DNA of 64,000 nt, taken from positions 32,001-96,000 of the IMG/VR virus record IMGVR_UViG_3300031951_000037; one strand, given 5' to 3'. Both the position numbers and the translations under genes were made by a program. A model generated the notes under the pieces. That model did no database searches and was not told where the DNA came from. It saw nothing but the letters and a program-made list of their open reading frames with translations. Below are positions 1 to 6,793 of the stretch, piece after piece. Positions within the stretch are counted from its first letter, which is position 1. Each line of letters opens with the position of its first letter. This DNA comes from a virus.

Positions 1-125
1 CGAGAGCCTTGTCGGTATTCCTTGACCTCACGATCAAGCATACTCCAGAATCTGGCCGCAGTCAGCAAAGGTGCGACCTCAAGGAGGACTGAGTAACAGT
101 CATATCAATGTAAGAGGGTTCTGTG

Positions 126-683
126 TTAAGTAGCCGAGGTATTGATAGTCAAGATTTCATCTGACTTGGTGTCGGTTGAGCCTGAGTAAAGTTTAAGAAG
201 GTCTTTGTTGAGCCTAAAAAAGTGATCAAATTCCATAATAATCCACTCGCCTGTTGTATCAGAACGATAGTGAACAAAGTTGTCTGCAATCCAAGTAAAC
301 TTAGATTCTACAGCTACAAACTTTCCTTTTCTATTGAACTTCATGAAAAGAATAGAGCAATCGTCTGTTTCAGCAACATCCATTAGTTGCTTGATCCAAC
401 CATCAATAACTTTACATTCACCCGTCATCAACAAGTGAAATGGGAAGTCTTGATACGATTTGCATTCTGCATTGAACTTAGTGAAACTTTGTCCCGGAAC
501 AATGTCGCCCTTAAAAGAACGAACTTGTCCTTCATGAAGAAATTCTTTACGAGACTGATTCTTACCGCCCACATACGCACCACTTCCAGGCGCTCTAATA
601 AAACTTTCGTTATACGTCTTTGTTAAGAAGGTTGCAATCTCTCTTTCGAAAGAAGAACCCTTAGCTTTCTGTGGACTCGGCAT
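126..683 (-). CDS. Holliday junction resolvase, archaeal Hjc-like PD-(D/E)XK nuclease
   Basis: 185 aa; N-terminal KGSSFEREIA, then RAPGSGA, GDIV and AECKSY match the Hjc-type E...PD...EXK pattern; lies directly downstream of gp46/gp47. Confidence 0.75.
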   Translation of the reverse strand: MPSPQKAKGSSFEREIATFLTKTYNESFIRAPGSGAYVGGKNQSRKEFLHEGQVRSFKGDIVPGQSFTKFNAECKSYQDFPFHLLMTGECKVIDGWIKQLMDVAETDDCSILFMKFNRKGKFVAVESKFTWIADNFVHYRSDTTGEWIIMEFDHFFRLNKDLLKLYSGSTDTKSDEILTINTSAT

Positions 684-720
684 ACTCTAATTTATATCTT
701 TCATTCAGTCTTGTAATATT

Positions 721-2808
721 TTATTCTACGTCATCTGTAGCTGTGCTGTAGGTCGTGAACCCATTTTCTTTCAGCACTTTAAGAACACTTGGGACACGCC
801 CTGCCAGTTCTTCTCTGTGACTTACTAACCAAATAGACTTGTTGCGTCTACGTGACATATCCTTAAGAATAGCCATTGAGTTCTCAACACCAATAGTATC
901 CATACCGCTGTCTATAAGTTCGTCAATGAATAGTGTATTGATTGGGAAGTATAGATTTTCCCACACATCACGAAACGCAAAACTTAATCCAAGAATAAGT
1001 CGGTTCCGCTCACCGCGAGATAGATTGTCAAAGTCAAGCTCACGCCCGAGTTCGGTAATTTCAACCGATAGATCGTTCTTGAAGACAACGGTATGGGGCA
1101 ACCCGATCTTATCAAGATAATGAGTCAAGCGGGCATTTAGATAACTCAAGTTCTGATCAATAATCTTCTTACGAACAAAGCTATCCTTGCTCGTGAGAAT
1201 ATCAAGTAAGAACTTCAAGTGATCGCCATACTTACTTAGCTCGTTAATCTTGTCAAATGTAATTGTTTGCAGCGCACGACTTTCCATATCAATAATCTGT
1301 TCGTGATATGGGTCAGTTTCGCCTGCTTTAATTGCAATAGCCTTCTCTAGGTTATCAACGACTGTGCGATGCTCAACTGCTTCTGCCTCAGTGTCGTAAT
1401 GTGTAACTGGACGAGTGCCTACGCTCACACAAGCATTCTCAATCAACTGGTCAGCATAAGGATCGTCTTCGTTCTTCTTTGCTTCAATCTGCTGTTGCAA
1501 TCTTTCAAGTTCTGAGCTATGCTTGATTGCTTCTGCCTCAGTCTTGTAATGCGTTGTTGGTTTCTCGCCCAAAACGAAAACAGAATTTTTATTTTTTTCT
1601 AGAGAGTTTTGGGTTTGGGCAAGTTCTTCAACTGCACTTGCAAGAAGTTCACGTTTGCTGTTGATTACCTGCGTATGATTCTCATCATGGAAGTCTTGAC
1701 CACAAGCATAGCACTTGTTTTCTTCAAGGGTCTTGATTTCTTGTTCAAGCTTATCAACAAGTGCCTGATCCTTCTTCAAAGAAGACTCAAGCGTTGTAAT
1801 GGTCTTGTTTATATTTGCAAGCTCTAGTTTGTTAGCCTCATAGACCTTAAGATCATAGTGTGATTGCAATTCGGCTGTGATATCAATATGGCTTAATGTG
1901 TCATACTGAACCTGCAACGCGGCAACATCACTATCAAGCTTTTGCTTCCAAGCAGTCTGGCGAGCTAAGATAGCTTCATAGCGTTCCTGCTTTTGCTTCA
2001 ATTCAAGATAGATTGCTAAATCTTTGTGCGCTTGAAGTTCGGCTTCAATGTCAATCTTACTAAGCTCATCGTAATCAAGTACAAGCTTGTTCAATGATTC
2101 GTCGTGCTGCTTCTGCCACAATCTCTGACGGCGCTTGAGACCATCAATCTGTTCTTGAACACGACTATTAGCTTCTTCAACTGCTCTGTTTCTGAATTCT
2201 TCTTGCTGAATAGCGTCCTTGTTCAACCTAATCTTTTCTTTGATCAAGTCTGCCTTTTCAGATAGCAATGTGATACCAAGCAACTGTTCAATGACATTGC
2301 GCTGATCATTGGCTCTCATTGACAAGAATGGTTCACTATAGGTATTGAGAGCAACGATATGTTTAAACATATCACTACTCATACCAATAGCATGTTCAAT
2401 TGCTAACTGAGTTTCTTTGTTTTCGCCTTGAGCTTCGTTTTTATCTTCTTTATTATTTTGTAAACTGTTGTTTACGTAGAAGCGAAGAACATTGGGCTTT
2501 CTGCCGCGCTCAATCTTATATTCAGTACCGTTCACGCTAAACTCTAGCGTGACCATCATACCCTTAGCGTTAGTACGATTGATCAAATTGTCCTTACGAA
2601 TCTGATTGATAGGGTTACCAAACAATACATAGCTCAAGCCTTGAATTAGTGTAGTCTTACCAGTACCATTTCTAGCACCGTCACCACCTAAGTCAAGGTT
2701 CTCACCTAGAATAAGTGTAAGTTCTTTACTGTCAAAGTTTACTGCTTGTGTTACTGCACCAATACTAAGAAAGTTTCGTAGGGTAATGTTCTTTAATGCA
2801 ACGCTCAT
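721..2808 (-). CDS. gp46: Recombination endonuclease ATPase subunit (T4 gp46 / SbcC / Rad50 family)
   Basis: 695 aa; Walker A GARNGTGKTT, long coiled coil, zinc hook CYACG (1699-1713), signature LSRGE, Walker B LFIDELID, H-loop VSHR. Confidence 0.95.
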   Translation of the reverse strand: MSVALKNITLRNFLSIGAVTQAVNFDSKELTLILGENLDLGGDGARNGTGKTTLIQGLSYVLFGNPINQIRKDNLINRTNAKGMMVTLEFSVNGTEYKIERGRKPNVLRFYVNNSLQNNKEDKNEAQGENKETQLAIEHAIGMSSDMFKHIVALNTYSEPFLSMRANDQRNVIEQLLGITLLSEKADLIKEKIRLNKDAIQQEEFRNRAVEEANSRVQEQIDGLKRRQRLWQKQHDESLNKLVLDYDELSKIDIEAELQAHKDLAIYLELKQKQERYEAILARQTAWKQKLDSDVAALQVQYDTLSHIDITAELQSHYDLKVYEANKLELANINKTITTLESSLKKDQALVDKLEQEIKTLEENKCYACGQDFHDENHTQVINSKRELLASAVEELAQTQNSLEKNKNSVFVLGEKPTTHYKTEAEAIKHSSELERLQQQIEAKKNEDDPYADQLIENACVSVGTRPVTHYDTEAEAVEHRTVVDNLEKAIAIKAGETDPYHEQIIDMESRALQTITFDKINELSKYGDHLKFLLDILTSKDSFVRKKIIDQNLSYLNARLTHYLDKIGLPHTVVFKNDLSVEITELGRELDFDNLSRGERNRLILGLSFAFRDVWENLYFPINTLFIDELIDSGMDTIGVENSMAILKDMSRRRNKSIWLVSHREELAGRVPSVLKVLKENGFTTYSTATDDVE

Positions 2809-3821
2809 AGGTTTCTATAAATCTCTAACAATACTTTTGGATCAAAGAAGTCGCTCTCAATAGCAGAAATTTGATCAATAATAATCTGGTCAACACTTTC
2901 AAAGTTTACTTCACCTGGGGCTAAGTCTTGACTGTGTTGGTCTAGCTTCATCGGGATAAGTGACATTTCTCGTATGTTGTGCTTTGGAATCAATGTCTCA
3001 CGAATGAAGTTAGCTTCTTCGTATGAGATATCAATATCAAGATGCACTCTAACACTACTCTTAGGAAGAAGCAAGCCCTCTGGGTTATCTAGTATGTCGC
3101 TAAGCTTATAGACACGAAACAACGGTTGCCCAGGCCATGCGTGAAACTCAGGGTCTTCACCCCATTCAAGAATCATCATGCCTCTTTGATCGTCACCTGC
3201 GTCTGCATAATTATGAGGGAAAGCGTTTCCGATGTACCAAATGTTGTTACGTGCTTGACGCTTGTGGAAGTGACCGCTGAATACTTTCTCAAAGCCAACT
3301 AAGTCATTGTCGCTCACATCACCGTGATCGGGCATCTGAACCATAGCATTCATGTAGAATGCAGGAAGCTCAAAGTGACCAAACAAATACTTACCTGATA
3401 GCTTAGCCAGCTTCTTATGATCTTCACCGACTAACCAAGGAGCAATGACTACCTCATCTTGAATGAACCAGTCATTCACGATTGTTACATTAGGTAGATG
3501 CTTTGCCCATTCAACGCTATGAACATCACGCTTGTCTCTATAATAGAGGTCGTGATTGCCCGGAATGAAGTAGACATGATCAAAGCTGTTGTTTAGTTTT
3601 TCTAAAGCACGAAGACCAAACTGCATAGTTTGAATATTGATACTTGCTCTGTGGTGATTGTAATCACCTAAGAAAAAGCAAGTTTCGCAATTTTCTTCTT
3701 TTGCCTTCTGAATAAACCAATCAACAAAGTCTGAACAATCTTGGTTATGTTGTACACTGTTAGACTTAAGCCCAAAGTGAATGTCAGTGAAGACTGCCGC
3801 CTTCTTAAATAAATTAGCCAT
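2805..3821 (-). CDS. gp47: Recombination endonuclease nuclease subunit (T4 gp47 / SbcD / Mre11 family)
   Basis: 338 aa; metallophosphoesterase motifs DIHFG, GD, GNHD, GH, GHFH; stop overlaps the gp46 start. Confidence 0.95.
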   Translation of the reverse strand: MANLFKKAAVFTDIHFGLKSNSVQHNQDCSDFVDWFIQKAKEENCETCFFLGDYNHHRASINIQTMQFGLRALEKLNNSFDHVYFIPGNHDLYYRDKRDVHSVEWAKHLPNVTIVNDWFIQDEVVIAPWLVGEDHKKLAKLSGKYLFGHFELPAFYMNAMVQMPDHGDVSDNDLVGFEKVFSGHFHKRQARNNIWYIGNAFPHNYADAGDDQRGMMILEWGEDPEFHAWPGQPLFRVYKLSDILDNPEGLLLPKSSVRVHLDIDISYEEANFIRETLIPKHNIREMSLIPMKLDQHSQDLAPGEVNFESVDQIIIDQISAIESDFFDPKVLLEIYRNL

Positions 3822-3827
3822 AGTTAC

Positions 3828-3856
3828 GTTATAGTTCCACTAATAGAAAAAAGCAA
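3828..3856 (-). promoter_or_regulatory. Sigma70-like promoter for gp47, predicted leaderless
   Basis: Minus strand reads TTGCTT-N17-TATAAC, then 6 nt, then the gp47 ATG; no Shine-Dalgarno sequence fits in between. Confidence 0.55.
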
Positions 3857-3870
3857 CGAATTAGGTTACC

Positions 3871-4761
3871 TTAATCAGGTAACTGCATTTTCATGTCTTT
3901 CATCTGTCTGCTAAAGCTTGGGTTGAATCCATTCATTTCTAAAATATCGTCACGAATGTTTTGATTGCGCTTTTCGGTATTCAATACACGACAGAAGCTA
4001 TTAGTAATAGCGGCGGTGTAGTATGCGAATGGGTTAGCACTCTTTGCTTCGTTGAACCTAAGCCCAACATATGTTAGTTGCAACACAGCACTAGCCTTCA
4101 TTTCATCATTATACGTATAGCCGCGCCAGTTAAACTTCATGGCATACTTCTCACAAAGCATCATGTACATTCTAGCAAGCTTGTTAGTAATCTGTCCATG
4201 CTCTTTGCTAAAATGCCCGTTCTCCATACCACCTACCCAGTGGCTTTTGCCAACACAGTTGAAGGTATTGGTCTCGTCAAGCTTGTAATGCTGGAAGGGA
4301 GGGAAGTTGACCTTTACGTGAACCATATCGTCAACTGCTTTCTTGGTTGACTTGTCTTCTAGGTCTGAAAAGTCTTCGTCATCATCGTCATCAAAGATGA
4401 AGATTTCTTTGGCCGACTTCTTCTTTACTGTTTTTCTGGGCTGCTTTTGTGCAACTGGTACATGCTCCCATGTCATGACTCTAAAGATTAGGTCAGTAAC
4501 ACTAATGTCTTCTGCTAGAACCTTTTCGCCTGTTTCTTGAGTCAGTCTGGTTGCTCTAGTTTCTTTGGCTTGTTGAATCTGTTCAGGCTTCAATGCATAT
4601 TCTAAACTAGTTGTTAATTCGCTCTCAGGCATATCAATGATAATGTCATATCTGTGATATTCTGGTTCTATGAAAGAACAATATGAATTTTTACTTGTAT
4701 GGATTTCTTTTAAAATGTCTTTGTTATTTAGGTAGTTGATTTTTTTTGGTTTGACTGCCAT
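3871..4761 (-). CDS. gp55: Late-transcription sigma factor (T4 gp55 family) with a large internal insertion
   Basis: NYLNNKDILKEI resembles the gp55 N-terminus (NYVNNKELL); FNWRGYTYNDEM...RFNEAKSANPFAYYT resembles the gp55 core. Start moved to the ATG at 4761, which follows AGGA. Order 55-47-46 is as in T4. Confidence 0.85.
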   Translation of the reverse strand: MAVKPKKINYLNNKDILKEIHTSKNSYCSFIEPEYHRYDIIIDMPESELTTSLEYALKPEQIQQAKETRATRLTQETGEKVLAEDISVTDLIFRVMTWEHVPVAQKQPRKTVKKKSAKEIFIFDDDDDEDFSDLEDKSTKKAVDDMVHVKVNFPPFQHYKLDETNTFNCVGKSHWVGGMENGHFSKEHGQITNKLARMYMMLCEKYAMKFNWRGYTYNDEMKASAVLQLTYVGLRFNEAKSANPFAYYTAAITNSFCRVLNTEKRNQNIRDDILEMNGFNPSFSRQMKDMKMQLPD

Positions 4762-4784
4762 AGTTATTCCTATTCGTAGAGATG

Positions 4785-4812
4785 AGTATACTACACTGTT
4801 GTAAAAATGCAA
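4785..4812 (-). promoter_or_regulatory. Sigma70-like promoter for the gp55-like gene, overlapped by a 7-bp palindrome
   Basis: Minus strand reads TTGCAT-N16-TATACT; ACTGTTG-N8-CAACAGT at 4795-4816 overlaps the -35 element and spacer. Confidence 0.5.
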
Positions 4813-4845
4813 CAGTTTAGGGTAAAAAATCACCAAATTTTGAGC

Positions 4846-4853
4846 GATAAATA
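4846..4853 (+). promoter_or_regulatory. Late promoter (GATAAATA) for the baseplate module
   Basis: Matches T4 late consensus TATAAATA at 7 of 8 positions; lies upstream of the first plus-strand structural gene; a gp55-like gene is adjacent. Confidence 0.7.
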
Positions 4854-4886
4854 CATGTAGAGTAGTGTATTTATCAAGGGAAATTT

Positions 4887-6470
4887 ATGGCTAACACAGT
4901 TTCATTATCCGGTCCTATAGGAAGCAGCATGACGCTGCGATTTGGTTCAACCGGTCGTTATACCGTTACTGTTACTGATCCTGAATACCCTACCGGCGGA
5001 TATAGCGGACCATTAGAGCCTGCCCAACTACAAGAAAGTATTCTTGAAACTCGTAGATTTATTGCGAGTTCGAATAGACTCATCCAATCATTCAATGAGG
5101 AAATTCGTCAGGTACAACAAGATACCCGTTATTCTCCTGAAGTAATAGAAAAAACGGTCAGACAACTGCAGGCATCAATAGCGCAAGAAGAAGATAAAAA
5201 AAACAACTTTGCTCGCTCAATAACTATCGCTCAATATTTATTGAGTAATAGTACCGCACTGAGAGCTAGATTAGATGCTGCACAAGCTTCTACTACCCCG
5301 AATACTAGTCAGCCGAACGCAGGCAACACAGCACCAGCGACGATAGCTGCAAATACTACCCCTACGACTACCGCAACCGGCACTACTCGCCCAGCAACTA
5401 CAACGGCACCAACCACTGCTGCAACAGCACCAACGGCACCTAACCCAGTCACTGCGCCACCTACGACAACTAACCCTAGTAATTCACTGCCTTTAGGAGA
5501 CGAGATTGATGACATTTATGATCCTAATCTAACACCTGAACAAATTGCTTCGCTGAGTCCCGGTGACCGTCGTGCAAGAGAAAACTTCCTCACTGAGGAG
5601 GCAGGAGGAACGCCCGACACAAGAGGGTTAGGAGAAGTTGAAGCAGATGGTACTATCGTTGTTACTGCTTCTCGCCCAATCACTGATTGGAGAGTTAAAC
5701 TCTCGCTTGCCCCCGAATCCAAATATCTTTATAATGCCATTCCCGATACTGGCCCGGGCAGCGACCCCAATGATACTAGTGCAGCAGGAATACTAGCGCC
5801 ATTAAAAGCAACTGATGGGGTAATTTTCCCCTATACTCCACAAATCTCAGTTAACTACGCTGCTAACTATGAACAGTCTACTATTATTCACAGTAATTAC
5901 AAAGTATACCAATATTCAAATAGTTCGGTAGACAACATAACAATCACATGCGACTTCACCGCACAGGACACTAGAGAAGCAAATTATCTTCTAGCAGTAA
6001 TTCACTTTTTTAGAACAGTCACAAAAATGTTTTTTGGACAGGACACCAATCCAAGAGCCGGAACTCCGCCCCCCTTGTGTTATTTGAAAGGTATGGGCAA
6101 CTACCAATTTTCAAATCATCCGCTAGCGGTGACTGGATTTAACTATAATTTGCCCAATGATGTAGACTATATTAAAACTGTAGGGCCAACGATAACTGGT
6201 CTACCGCTTCCCTCACCGCCACTTAGTGCTAGTAGACTGCCGGACAATATTACACCGGGCGGACGCCCTGCCCCACCCAATTTTACGCAACAGGCACTGT
6301 CCCCGCAAGAAAATAACACAGTGACATGGGTTCCTACGAGAATACAGCTTTCAATCACTGCTATACCGATCATTAGTAGAAATCAAATGTCTAAGGTGTT
6401 TAGTCTTAAAAATTATGCAACTGGATCATTGCTGGATGGAAGAAATAATTCAAATGGAGGATTTTGGTAA
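4887..6470 (+). CDS. Baseplate / tail-tube initiator (gp48/gp54-like) with N-terminal coiled coil and Thr/Pro-rich linker
   Basis: 527 aa; C-terminal core VIFPYTPQI...ITITCDFT...PPPLCYL...WVPTRIQLSIT resembles tube-fold baseplate proteins; immediately precedes gp53. Confidence 0.65.
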   Translation: MANTVSLSGPIGSSMTLRFGSTGRYTVTVTDPEYPTGGYSGPLEPAQLQESILETRRFIASSNRLIQSFNEEIRQVQQDTRYSPEVIEKTVRQLQASIAQEEDKKNNFARSITIAQYLLSNSTALRARLDAAQASTTPNTSQPNAGNTAPATIAANTTPTTTATGTTRPATTTAPTTAATAPTAPNPVTAPPTTTNPSNSLPLGDEIDDIYDPNLTPEQIASLSPGDRRARENFLTEEAGGTPDTRGLGEVEADGTIVVTASRPITDWRVKLSLAPESKYLYNAIPDTGPGSDPNDTSAAGILAPLKATDGVIFPYTPQISVNYAANYEQSTIIHSNYKVYQYSNSSVDNITITCDFTAQDTREANYLLAVIHFFRTVTKMFFGQDTNPRAGTPPPLCYLKGMGNYQFSNHPLAVTGFNYNLPNDVDYIKTVGPTITGLPLPSPPLSASRLPDNITPGGRPAPPNFTQQALSPQENNTVTWVPTRIQLSITAIPIISRNQMSKVFSLKNYATGSLLDGRNNSNGGFW

Positions 6471-6790
6471 TGGCTACAACAAACCAAACAATTTATGGAA
6501 GATCAAGTCCATACTTTAATACTCCTATTGTAAAAACCAAATTTTTAGATGTATTACAGTATAGACCTATACCTTTTAACCCTACTGATGTATTCATGAC
6601 TATTACACAAGTTTATGAATACAGGCCTGACTTATTGGCATTTGACTTGTACAATAACAGTAAGTTATGGTGGGTATTCGCTGCAAGAAATCCTAATCTA
6701 CTAGGACCCGATCCGTACTTTAATTTTAAAGCGGGACTAGGTATATATATACCTACGCAAGATACGTTACAGGCGGTATTAGGAATTTAA
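6464..6790 (+). CDS. gp53: Baseplate wedge protein gp53-like (LysM-like)
   Basis: 108 aa; YEYRPDLLAFDLYNNSKLWWVFAARN...IYIP is typical of gp53/LysM baseplate proteins. Confidence 0.8.
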   Translation: MVMATTNQTIYGRSSPYFNTPIVKTKFLDVLQYRPIPFNPTDVFMTITQVYEYRPDLLAFDLYNNSKLWWVFAARNPNLLGPDPYFNFKAGLGIYIPTQDTLQAVLGI

Positions 6791-6793
6791 TTT

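Noticed and set aside
3848-3856. T4 MotA box (TTGCTTT) upstream of gp47
   Set aside because: It lies 17 nt from the -10 element, the position of a -35 element; MotA boxes sit closer, centred near -30.
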